Shown here one piece after another: positions 1 through 8,152 of a DNA stretch of 18,984 bases. The notes beneath the pieces are model-generated. The model saw nothing but the letters and a program-made list of their open reading frames with translations. It had not been told where the DNA came from and did no database searches. Numbering within the stretch: the stretch's first letter is position 1; each line of letters opens with the position of its first letter. The translations under genes and the position numbers were made by a program. This DNA comes from Calditrichia bacterium (lineage in GTDB: Bacteria > Calditrichota > Calditrichia > RBG-13-44-9), in contig JARRQT010000081.1 of the NCBI GenBank assembly GCA_037381445.1, forward strand, positions 1 through 18,984. Reading direction: 5' to 3'.

Positions 1-2
1 GG

Positions 3-185
3 TTAGTGACACTGAAGATTTACAATGTTCTGGGTGAGGAAGTTGCCACATTGGTTTCGGAAAGGCTGGGGGCTGGGAAATACAAATATGAGTGGGATGG
101 CGGTGGGTTAGCCAGCGGTGTGTATCTGTATCGGATAGAAACAGGCACGTTCACTCAAACCAAAAAGCTCATCGTGTTAAAATAA
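3..185 (+). CDS. 3' end (5'-truncated by the window) of a secreted protein with a T9SS type A / Por secretion C-terminal sorting domain
   Basis: Frame 3 reads LVTLKIYNVLGEEVATLVSERLGAGKYKYEWDGGGLASGVYLYRIETGTFTQTKKLIVLK*, the classic CTD pattern (IYNxLG, ASGVYLYR, KKLxxLK). It closely resembles the C-terminus of the next gene. Confidence 0.9.
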   Translation, partial: LVTLKIYNVLGEEVATLVSERLGAGKYKYEWDGGGLASGVYLYRIETGTFTQTKKLIVLK

Positions 186-269
186 AACCGGGATAGATAC
201 AAAAGTAATGACGGAGATAAATTGATCAGGGAAGAGCAAGCCATCAAAATAATTTCATGGGAGGTCATC

Positions 270-2114
270 ATGATTCGTTTAATTTACGTTTTTATGGCAG
301 TCCTATGTACCGTTTTCGTAGCCTTTGGAAGTGTTATCCACGTGCCAGCAAACCAGCCCACAATTCAGGCGGGTATTAACGCTGCAGTGGATGGGGATGT
401 GGTACTTGTTGCCGAGGGTACTTATTACGAAAACATCAACTTTATGGGAAAAGCCATCACCGTCGCCAGCTACTACTATCTGGATGAGAGGCAATTGCAC
501 GTCAAACGGACCATCATCAACGGCAGCCAGCCGGTCAACCCGGACAGCGGTTCGGTGGTCTATTTTATTTCCGGGGAGGATACCAATTCCGTTTTATGCG
601 GATTTACCATCACCGGGGGTAGCGGAACTCCCTACAATACTCCCGGTTTTCCGCCGATGCTTATGGGAGGCGGTATCTATTGTGATCTATCCGGCGCCAA
701 AATCGTGCATAACCGGGTAATTGACAACAATCTGGAGGGCATCTGGGTGATGGGGGGAGGATTCTATTGCGGGCCGCCATTTGTCCCTTCCACTTCCGTT
801 TTAACAGACAATGATTTCGAAAACAACAACATCACCGGCCAGTATATGGCAGCCGGCGGCGCCATTAATTTTAATGCGGCGGGACGAATTACCGGAAACA
901 GCGTCAAAAGTAATCAGGCCTTTTCTTACGGGGCTTCAGCCTACGGAGGCGGGATTGCCATCTCCTCCTGGTCGCCGGAACCGGTCTATTATGTGGTGGT
1001 CAAAGGTAATACGGTGATACACAATAAGGTACTTCAGGCGGAAACCGGAATGTCCGGCATCGGCAGTCATGCCGGGGGGTTGACAATAATCGGAACAAAA
1101 GGGGGGATTATTTGTAACAATGTTTTTATGCACAACGAAGTTTGCGCTGTGGACAGCGGTTTTGGCGCAGGTGTGGTTCTTGATTTTCCGCCGGATGACC
1201 TCTATTTTCGAAATAATATCGTCGCCGAAAACTATTACAGCGGAACCGGGAATTGCTTTGGCGGTGGATTCGCTGTCTGGGATGGTAATCCTACCCTGGA
1301 AAACAACCTGATTGAAAAGAACAGCGCAACATACGGAGGCGGGGGGTGGATCGGTAATGCCTTCAGTTTTGCCAGGCTTGCCAATAACACAATCGTGGAG
1401 AATCATGCAACCGTAAAGGGCGGCGCCATTCATACCACCAGTGCGGAACCAACTGCCATGAATTCAATCCTCTGGAATAATGAAGCGCCTGAAGAGTCCG
1501 AGATTTTTGTGGAAAGCGGGACCATTCACGTGAGCTATTCCGATGTAAAGGGCGGCTGGCCCGGAACCGGCAACCTGGATAAGAATCCACGTCTCATTAG
1601 TCCGCTGGAGATTCTGGGATTCAGATCCCCTTGTATTGATGCCGGGAATCCGGATCCGGCCTATAATGATCCGGCAAGTTATTTCCACCCGTGGCGCGCC
1701 CAACTGCCGGCAAGGGGAACCGTGCGGAATGATATGGGTGCATATGGTGGACCGGGTGCAGCTGACTGGTGGAATTTCTTCTACTTTAAGAAAGAGATTC
1801 AGAGCATGCCGCTCGAGAATGACCCTGTAACCGCAGTATTGGAAAATCGGGAAAAAGCCATACAAATTCATCAATACCCGAATCCGTTCAATAGTCAGAC
1901 AACCTTTCAATTCGAGCTTCCGGTGGATGGATTCGTCAGCCTGAAGGTTTATAATGCACTGGGGCAGGAGGTGGCTTCGCTGGTTTCAAAGAGACTGGCT
2001 GCCGGGAAGCACAAATACGATTGGGATGCCAGCGGACTGGCAAGCGGGATTTATTATTACAGATTAAAGGCCAATGAATTTGATGTGGTGAGAAAGATGA
2101 TATTTTTGAAATAA
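270..2114 (+). CDS. Secreted right-handed parallel beta-helix repeat protein with T9SS type A sorting domain
   Basis: ATG at 270 is preceded by GGGAGG (259-264) and starts a signal peptide (MIRLIYVFMAVLCTVFVAFG), so it is preferred over the ORF-track start at 222. It has IHVPANQPTIQAGINAA..GDVVLVAEGTYYENI, repeated GGG[IFA]/NxxxxN motifs, SPCIDAG..RNDMGAYGG, and a CTD YPNPFN..LASGIYYYRL..KMIFLK. Confidence 0.88.
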   Translation: MIRLIYVFMAVLCTVFVAFGSVIHVPANQPTIQAGINAAVDGDVVLVAEGTYYENINFMGKAITVASYYYLDERQLHVKRTIINGSQPVNPDSGSVVYFISGEDTNSVLCGFTITGGSGTPYNTPGFPPMLMGGGIYCDLSGAKIVHNRVIDNNLEGIWVMGGGFYCGPPFVPSTSVLTDNDFENNNITGQYMAAGGAINFNAAGRITGNSVKSNQAFSYGASAYGGGIAISSWSPEPVYYVVVKGNTVIHNKVLQAETGMSGIGSHAGGLTIIGTKGGIICNNVFMHNEVCAVDSGFGAGVVLDFPPDDLYFRNNIVAENYYSGTGNCFGGGFAVWDGNPTLENNLIEKNSATYGGGGWIGNAFSFARLANNTIVENHATVKGGAIHTTSAEPTAMNSILWNNEAPEESEIFVESGTIHVSYSDVKGGWPGTGNLDKNPRLISPLEILGFRSPCIDAGNPDPAYNDPASYFHPWRAQLPARGTVRNDMGAYGGPGAADWWNFFYFKKEIQSMPLENDPVTAVLENREKAIQIHQYPNPFNSQTTFQFELPVDGFVSLKVYNALGQEVASLVSKRLAAGKHKYDWDASGLASGIYYYRLKANEFDVVRKMIFLK

Positions 2115-2140
2115 TCTTGTATGATAGACAATTGTTAAAG

Positions 2141-2169
2141 ATAAGCCCCGTCACTACAGCCGGGCTTAT
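2141..2169 (+). terminator. Hairpin just downstream of the CDS (possible terminator or RNA stabiliser)
   Basis: ATAAGCCC (2141-2148) pairs with GGGCTTAT (2162-2169) around a 13-nt loop; there is no clear U-tract. Confidence 0.35.
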
Positions 2170-2244
2170 GGGGCTCGTGTTCTTGACCGCATTCTACCTG
2201 AAAGGAAATCATACGGTAAGATCGCAAAACATAGTTATTAATAG

Positions 2245-2276
2245 AAAAAGGGGACATTTTATTGTCCCCCTTTTTT
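2245..2276. terminator. Probable bidirectional rho-independent terminator
   Basis: AAAAA-GGGGACA-ttttat-TGTCCCC-c-TTTTTT: a 7-bp GC-rich stem with a T6 tract on + and a T5 tract on -. Confidence 0.7.
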
Positions 2277-2615
2277 GTTGAGCTCCCCGGGAGGGTCAAG
2301 AACACGAACCCCATGAGGAAAAATGGATATGTTTATAAGCTGCCAATAAATATAAAGATATGTGCCGCCAAATATCCCAAATCCATGGAACTTAGCTTCG
2401 CGAAGGGACAATTTCCGGCTATTTTTTATAAGATTCAGGCAGTTAACCTTAAGCGGACCAGAGCATTATTTCGAGAAATACAAAAAACAAAAAGAATTGA
2501 AGGGGCAGCGCAATTTCATTTGCTGATAGAAGAGAATGGTTGGACAAAATCGGAGCTGGCTCGGCACTTGGGGGTGAGCAGGGGGTGGGTGACGAAGGTG
2601 CTGAAGGTTCTTTGA
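2262..2615 (+). CDS. Small basic HTH-containing protein or gene remnant (mobile-element/recombinase-associated type); start uncertain (TTG 2262 or ATG 2313)
   Basis: C-terminal HTH: AAQFHLLIEENGWTKSELARHLGVSRGWVTKVLK. A diverged copy at 8698-8751 differs mostly by synonymous changes, showing the HTH part was coding. Confidence 0.5.
   Translation: MSPFFVELPGRVKNTNPMRKNGYVYKLPINIKICAAKYPKSMELSFAKGQFPAIFYKIQAVNLKRTRALFREIQKTKRIEGAAQFHLLIEENGWTKSELARHLGVSRGWVTKVLKVL
2282..2302 (-). other. tRNA 3'-end-like fragment (Asn-like), possible att remnant
   Basis: The minus strand reads TTCTTGA-CCCTC-CCGGGGA-G-C. This fits a TTC-initiated 7-nt loop, 5-nt T-stem 3' strand, 7-nt acceptor 3' strand, discriminator G and the first C, followed by a terminator. 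No 5' half of a tRNA is present. Confidence 0.35.
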
Positions 2616-2947
2616 ATGAATCGTCAGGTCGTGAACAAATAATGCCGTATCATACAAGCTCCGTTGAGGGCTTCGGAATCGATTTGAACAGAAAATTTAT
2701 ATATGACTTTTGCTCTGCTAGAATATTTGGTGTTAGAGAGCCGTAATATAATTATTGGATGACTGTAAATATATGATTTAAAAGATTGGGATCGATTTTT
2801 AAATCTTTACAGTGCATAACCGTTAACCTGTTTATAGGGAGAGTGAAAAATGTTGCGACACCTTCCATTATGCATGATATTCTATTCTGAAAAGCATGGA
2901 ATTTTTCTTGAATTCTGTAATTAAAAAGAATAAATTGTCAAGTGAAG

Positions 2948-2976
2948 CGCAATTACTGCAAGTGCTTGTAATTGCG
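2948..2976. promoter_or_regulatory. Perfect 9-bp inverted repeat in the long intergenic region upstream of the kinase
   Basis: CGCAATTAC (2948-2956), 11-nt spacer, GTAATTGCG (2968-2976). Confidence 0.35.
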
Positions 2977-3410
2977 AGCGAGCTATGCTACTTGAAAGAC
3001 TTTGGTTTTATCCGCAGCTATATTCTTTGGAACAGTGACATTTGAAACGACCGAGCGGTATTGAAGAGCGCCACCACCATTCGGGTATCGACTTGGAGAA
3101 GCTTGAATCCCATTCGATGGATCTATGCGGCTATAGCACAAGGCGGCAAAGGTATACTTGGCGTGTTTTGGCGTTCACTTCCACCGGGATTAATGGCGGA
3201 TCGAGATTGAGATGACGATCAGACTTGGGCAATGCATGGCATTGGGTGGATGGAGAGCGCAGGTATCACGGACCAGATTCGGGGCATACTAAATTTTCCT
3301 AAACCCCTTCTATTTGCCTCACCCTTCGCCGATCACACAGCGTGCTGTCCCCTTTATGGATTCATATTTAGGTAATTGGCCGAATCTTAGACAGTTGGGC
3401 TTATATTAAA

Positions 3411-6401
3411 ATGATCGGTAAAACCATCTCCCACTATAAAATTATTGATAGGCTTGGCGAAGGGGGAATGGGAGTGGTATATAAGGCCCTTGATACCTCC
3501 CTTAACCGAAAAGTCGCCTTGAAATTCCTCCACCCTCATCTCACCAAAGATGAATCGACCCGCAAGCGATTTATGATCGAAGCGCAGGCAGCTTCAGCTC
3601 TGGATCACCCCAACATATGCACCATCCATGAAGTAAATGAAACACCTAATGAAGAACTTTATATATGTATGGCCTACTATGAAGGTGAATCTCTTCGCCA
3701 GAAAATTAAAAAGGGACCAATTCCCTTTGATGACGCGCTGAATATTATTTTTCAAATTGCCCAAGGTTTGAAAGCGGCTCATGATGAAAAAATCATTCAT
3801 CGCGATATTAAGCCGGGAAATATCCTCATTACTGAAAGAGGTGAAGCAAAGATAGTTGATTTTGGATTGGCAAAATTGGCTGAGATAAGTCTCACGAAAT
3901 CTGCATCCAGCATGGGTACTGCAGCCTATATGTGTCCAGAACAGATACGTGGAAAGGTGGTTGATCACCGCTGTGATATATGGGCGTTAGGGGTGGTCTT
4001 TTATGAAATGCTTACCGGGCATCTGCCTTTTAAGGAGGAATACCCGGAGCCAATGATGTATGCCATTGTAAATGAAAAACCAACTTCATTGTCGCAATAT
4101 CTGAAAAATGTTCCAGAATTACTGCAGGCAGTCATTGATAATTTGCTGAATAAAGATAGAGTTAGACGCTACCAGAACATAAAAGAATTTTTGGATGATC
4201 TGATAAAACTTGAGCCGGAATTGAAATCAAATGATAAAAACAGTTATCCAAAAATGATTTACAAAAGATCAAAAGGAATTCTAAATCGGAAAATCGTAAT
4301 TATAGTTGGTATTATGCTTGTTCTAAGCGCTGGTTTTTTATTACTTGAAAATTCCATATATAACTCCAATAAATTTAGACCAAGACATCTGGTAGTTATA
4401 AGTTTTGAAAATCAGACTGGTGAGAAACAATATGACTATTTACAAAAAGCAATCCCCAATCTTCTTATAACAAGCTTGGAGCAAAATGATAATCTGAGCG
4501 TTGCGACATGGGAACGACTGAATGATTTGCTAAAACAAAAAGGAATGGACAATGTTGACGTCATAAATCCAGAGTTGGGTTTTGATATCTGTGAGTCAGA
4601 TGGAATTGAAACCATTATTTTGGGCAGTTACACCAAGGCTGGTGAGGTTTTTGCTCTGGATGTCAAAATGCTGGATGTAGAATCAAAAGAACTTTTGCAA
4701 AGTAGCCGTACCAATGGATATGGAATAAGCAGTATTTTAACCAGCCAAATTGATGATTTAAGTCTTAATATATTAAAGAAATTAGGTATCTCAAATGAAA
4801 TGGGAAAATCAATTCGACCATTGTCAGAAGTGACTACTAATTCTATGGAGGCTTATAACTATTTTATTAGAGGACGAGACGAATGGGAGAAGCGAAATAT
4901 TGTAAATTCCCGCCGGTTCTTTGAAAGAGCAGTAAAATTCGATACAACTTTTGCCACAGCCTATTCTTACCTCGCAAAAGCATATTATACCTTAAGTAAT
5001 CCTAAAGCAGGAAAGGAGGCTCTTCTAAAAGCAAAAAACTATTCCGATAAGGCAACGGAAAAAGAAAAACTCTATATCGAAGTCACATCGGCAATCTTTC
5101 TGGAGAATAATAGCGAGAAAAGATTTGATCTGGAGCATAAAATAATCGAAAAATATCCTCAGGAAAAACGTGCTCATCTTGATTTAGCCTATTATTGTTA
5201 TGCCCGAAGAAAATTGTATGCCCAGGCATTGGATAGCTATAAAAAAGTTCTAGAACTTGATCCTAATTTCGGATTGGCATATAACCAGCTTGCTCTTACC
5301 TATATGGAGATGGGAAATTACGAAAAGGCCATCAAAACTTTTGAATGTTATGCTTCCTTAAATCCGGGCGATGCCAATGTCTTCGATTCCATGGGGGAAT
5401 TGTATATTAGAATGGGAGATTTCGACCGGGCGTTGGCAAAATACAAGGAAGCTACAGAAGTTGAATCACAGTATGTTGCTGCTTTCAAAACAATTGCCTA
5501 CATTTATGCGCTAAAGGAAGATTATAATCAGACTATGGCATGGATTGATCAATACATTAAAATTGCTCCATCAGAGGGAATCAAAGCAAGGGGGCATTTA
5601 TACAAGGGATTTTATTGCTTTTGGTTAGGTCGTTTTGAGCAGTCACAGCGAGAGCTTAAGATCGCTGCTGACTATTATGCAGTTGTAGAAGAACAGGATG
5701 GATTGGCGGACTTGAATTGGTCAAAAGGATGGTATTCTTTTTACTTGGGTGACATGAGTAATGGAAGGAAATATTTCAAGGAATGGTTTAATTTTCGTGA
5801 AAAAAATTACCCCCAGTTCACAATAAGGCACAAAACAGAATTTTACTTTTTTATTGGCCTTATAAATTTGCACACAGGTAAAATTGATTCTGCAAAAGTC
5901 AGACGTGAAGAGATGAGGAAATTATTGTCAAGAGTAGATTTGGAAAATTTGGATCGTCTTAGATTTTATTATGATATATTTAATTTGGAATTCCTGCTTT
6001 CACAAGATTCTGCCCAAAAGGCAATAAGTATTTCAGAAAAGTTATCAGCACTACAAATACCGCCGATTGGGTTGACAAGCCTAATACACTACAACTTGCC
6101 TTTTTCCAATTTAAGGGATTTTTCCGCCAGGGCCAACCTCCGTATGGGCAATATAAATGAAGCCATCACAGTTTATGAGAAATTAATTGCTTTTAATCCG
6201 AGAAGAAGTAAGGACCGCAGGCTAATTCATCCAACATACTATTTTAGACTGGCAAAATTATATGAACAAAAAGGTGTTGTTGATAAAGCGATCGAATATT
6301 ACCGTAAATTTTTGGAAATTTGGAAAAAGGCTGATGAAGGACTACCTGAAATTGTGGAGGCAAATAAAAGTCTTTATAATTTTAAGACTAAGAATAATTG
6401 A
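3411..6401 (+). CDS. Membrane-anchored Hanks-type Ser/Thr protein kinase with TolB-N/FlgO-like domain and TPR repeats
   Basis: Kinase motifs GEGGMGVVY, VALK, HRDIKPGN, DFGLAK, GTAAYMCPE, DIWALG; one TM helix (IVIIVGIMLVLSAGFLLL); LVVISFENQTG domain; TTNSMEAY then multiple TPRs (e.g. ALDSYKKVLELDPNFGLAYNQLA). Confidence 0.95.
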   Translation: MIGKTISHYKIIDRLGEGGMGVVYKALDTSLNRKVALKFLHPHLTKDESTRKRFMIEAQAASALDHPNICTIHEVNETPNEELYICMAYYEGESLRQKIKKGPIPFDDALNIIFQIAQGLKAAHDEKIIHRDIKPGNILITERGEAKIVDFGLAKLAEISLTKSASSMGTAAYMCPEQIRGKVVDHRCDIWALGVVFYEMLTGHLPFKEEYPEPMMYAIVNEKPTSLSQYLKNVPELLQAVIDNLLNKDRVRRYQNIKEFLDDLIKLEPELKSNDKNSYPKMIYKRSKGILNRKIVIIVGIMLVLSAGFLLLENSIYNSNKFRPRHLVVISFENQTGEKQYDYLQKAIPNLLITSLEQNDNLSVATWERLNDLLKQKGMDNVDVINPELGFDICESDGIETIILGSYTKAGEVFALDVKMLDVESKELLQSSRTNGYGISSILTSQIDDLSLNILKKLGISNEMGKSIRPLSEVTTNSMEAYNYFIRGRDEWEKRNIVNSRRFFERAVKFDTTFATAYSYLAKAYYTLSNPKAGKEALLKAKNYSDKATEKEKLYIEVTSAIFLENNSEKRFDLEHKIIEKYPQEKRAHLDLAYYCYARRKLYAQALDSYKKVLELDPNFGLAYNQLALTYMEMGNYEKAIKTFECYASLNPGDANVFDSMGELYIRMGDFDRALAKYKEATEVESQYVAAFKTIAYIYALKEDYNQTMAWIDQYIKIAPSEGIKARGHLYKGFYCFWLGRFEQSQRELKIAADYYAVVEEQDGLADLNWSKGWYSFYLGDMSNGRKYFKEWFNFREKNYPQFTIRHKTEFYFFIGLINLHTGKIDSAKVRREEMRKLLSRVDLENLDRLRFYYDIFNLEFLLSQDSAQKAISISEKLSALQIPPIGLTSLIHYNLPFSNLRDFSARANLRMGNINEAITVYEKLIAFNPRRSKDRRLIHPTYYFRLAKLYEQKGVVDKAIEYYRKFLEIWKKADEGLPEIVEANKSLYNFKTKNN

Positions 6402-6444
6402 TGCTCATATGGGAATAATTCGAACTGATTAAAAAATAAGAGAC

Positions 6445-6657
6445 ATGAACTCTAATTTACCAATATTCAATACACCCGATATTCTTCAACAGCAAATTGA
6501 ATTTGCCAAGATCCTTGGACAACAAACTGATTTTCAGGAAGTATTACGCCTGGTCACTAATAAAGCAGCTCAATTCTTAAAGGCCGATCTGGCATTGATT
6601 CTGATGCTAAATCCCGATACCAGAGAGACTTGTGAAGGAACTCGTCGCAGGAATTGA
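6445..6657 (+). pseudogene. N-terminal (GAF) fragment of the downstream sigma-54 activator, separated by a +1 frameshift near 6631
   Basis: QTDFQEVLRLVTNKAAQFLKADLALILMLNPDT matches the first helices and strand of a GAF domain. Removing one T at GAGACT-T-GTGAAG joins it to the 6632 ORF, giving a 493-aa protein (6445-7927). Confidence 0.75.
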
Positions 6658-7927
6658 GCCCGACCGCGATCAGCAGCGTGTCGCAGTAAGCCAGAACCTT
6701 CAGTCGGATGGTCGGTTTGATGAAGGCCTGTTTGACGAGGTATCCATAGAATCTGTTCTGGGTGTGCCATTGGTTACTGAAGGGATAATAATTGGTGCAT
6801 TAATTTTAATGTACAAGACCCCACAGGATTTTTCAAATACAGCTGTGATTGAATTGCTGGAGAGCATGGCAGCTATATCAGCACCCTTCCTACGTAATGT
6901 CCAAAAAATAAGACAGTATTTTAGCCCCTCAATGCCCGAATCTGCCTTGCTTCTTAAATATAGGAATGCTGGTTTATATGGAAAAAGTTCCAAATTCATT
7001 GAAATGCTTCGCGCCACGGAAGCAGCAGCCAAATGCGATGTCCGAGTTCTGCTGGATGGAAAAACCGGAACGGGAAAAGAGTTGATTGCCAGAGCCATCC
7101 ATAAATTTAGTTCCAGGAGTAGTTATCCTTTTATTGGTATTGACTGTGGTGCAATTCCTGGCACACTCTTGGAGAGTGAATTATTTGGACATCGGCGGGG
7201 CGCTTTTACCGGGGCCCATTCGGACCGTCAGGGATTGTTTTTAGAAGTTAATGGCGGTACTTTATTTATGGATGAAATAAATAACTTGCCATACGACATG
7301 CAGTCAAAGCTACTACGGGTTCTGGAGGAGGGTGAAGTCCGGCCGGTCGGTAGTGACAAATTGATAAAGATTAATATAAGAATTATTGCTGCCTCCAGTG
7401 TCCCATTAAGGAAATTGGTCGAAGAGGGTATCTTTCGCGAAGATCTTTTTTTCCGCTTGCATGTTTATCCAATTCAAATCCCGGATCTAAATGAAAGATG
7501 GGAAGATATTGTGGTTCTGGCAAATCATTTCCTTCATCAGTACGACAGGCAACAGAATAAGAACATTCAAAGTTTTCATGAAGAAGTTGTTGATTTTATG
7601 AAACAACGTATATGGGACGGCAATATCCGGGAACTGGAAAATTTTATTGAGAGAATCGTAACCATCACACCGCCGAATACCTTAGCCATTGATGCCGCTT
7701 TTTTCCCGCCGGATTTGAAAAAAGAATTTGAAAATTTTAGGTCGCAAGTAAATACAGAAAAGGAATCAGCATCAATGAAGGAACGATTAAATAAATATGA
7801 AGCTGATATCATTAAAGAAGCACTTATAGAATGTGGTTGGAATCAATCAAAAGCAGCCCGCAAATTGCAGACTTCGGAAGGCAATATCCGTTACAAAATA
7901 CATCAGCATAAGATCCGGAAAGAATAA
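6632..7927 (+). CDS. Sigma-54-dependent enhancer-binding protein (partial GAF, AAA+, Fis-type HTH)
   Basis: GAF C-terminal half (SDGRF..SVLGVPL..EGIIIGAL), Walker A GKTGTGKE, ESELFGH, intact GAFTGA, Walker B LFMDEI, FREDLFFRL, WDGNIRELEN and HTH WNQSKAARKL. Confidence 0.93.
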   Translation: MKELVAGIEPDRDQQRVAVSQNLQSDGRFDEGLFDEVSIESVLGVPLVTEGIIIGALILMYKTPQDFSNTAVIELLESMAAISAPFLRNVQKIRQYFSPSMPESALLLKYRNAGLYGKSSKFIEMLRATEAAAKCDVRVLLDGKTGTGKELIARAIHKFSSRSSYPFIGIDCGAIPGTLLESELFGHRRGAFTGAHSDRQGLFLEVNGGTLFMDEINNLPYDMQSKLLRVLEEGEVRPVGSDKLIKINIRIIAASSVPLRKLVEEGIFREDLFFRLHVYPIQIPDLNERWEDIVVLANHFLHQYDRQQNKNIQSFHEEVVDFMKQRIWDGNIRELENFIERIVTITPPNTLAIDAAFFPPDLKKEFENFRSQVNTEKESASMKERLNKYEADIIKEALIECGWNQSKAARKLQTSEGNIRYKIHQHKIRKE

Positions 7928-7996
7928 CTTCATTTAGGTAGTCCGTTTCATTTTTCGAATCTAACTTCAATAAAAATAATAAACCTCAGAGATCTT

Positions 7997-8012
7997 TCGC
8001 AAAATATTGCGA
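7997..8012. promoter_or_regulatory. Candidate upstream activator sequence for the enhancer-binding protein
   Basis: Palindrome TCGCAA-aata-TTGCGA, about 90-105 bp upstream of the candidate -24 element. Confidence 0.55.
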
Positions 8013-8102
8013 GTTTCCAATTTTTATTTCTGACAATTGTAGCCAGTTTACTTTTTATAAGTAACTGTATTTTAATTGTTTGAATAACATCTGGTGAAAT
8101 CA

Positions 8103-8117
8103 CGGTACATTTTTTGA
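8103..8117 (+). promoter_or_regulatory. Candidate sigma-54 (-24/-12) promoter with a non-canonical -12 (GA)
   Basis: CGGTACATTTTTTGA vs consensus TGGCACNNNNTTGC: GG at 8104-8105, exactly 10 nt, then GA at 8116-8117. It lies 35 bp upstream of the ATG of the next gene. Confidence 0.55.
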
Positions 8118-8152
8118 GAGGTTTCTGATTTGAATAAAATAAGGAGGATGCT

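Larger units (their letters stand above)
2168..2314. repeat. 21-bp inverted repeat pair (20/21 identical) enclosing 105 bp
   Basis: 2168-2188 is ATGGGGCTCGTGTTCTTGACC; the reverse complement of 2294-2314 is ATGGGGTTCGTGTTCTTGACC. The match extends to 22/24 (2165-2188 vs 2294-2317). Confidence 0.85.

Noticed and set aside
222..269. ORF-track N-terminal extension of the beta-helix protein
   Set aside because: It uses a TTG start and would bury the signal peptide; ATG 270 has a good RBS.
3170..3240. WRIE peptide suggesting an IS4-family transposase remnant
   Set aside because: A four-residue match preceded by a stop, with no other DDE motifs or terminal repeats.
7975..8050. CGCAAA and TAGCCAGTT fragments reminiscent of a c-di-GMP-I riboswitch
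   Set aside because: The required paired stems and GAAA tetraloop could not be built; the palindrome is better explained as an activator site.
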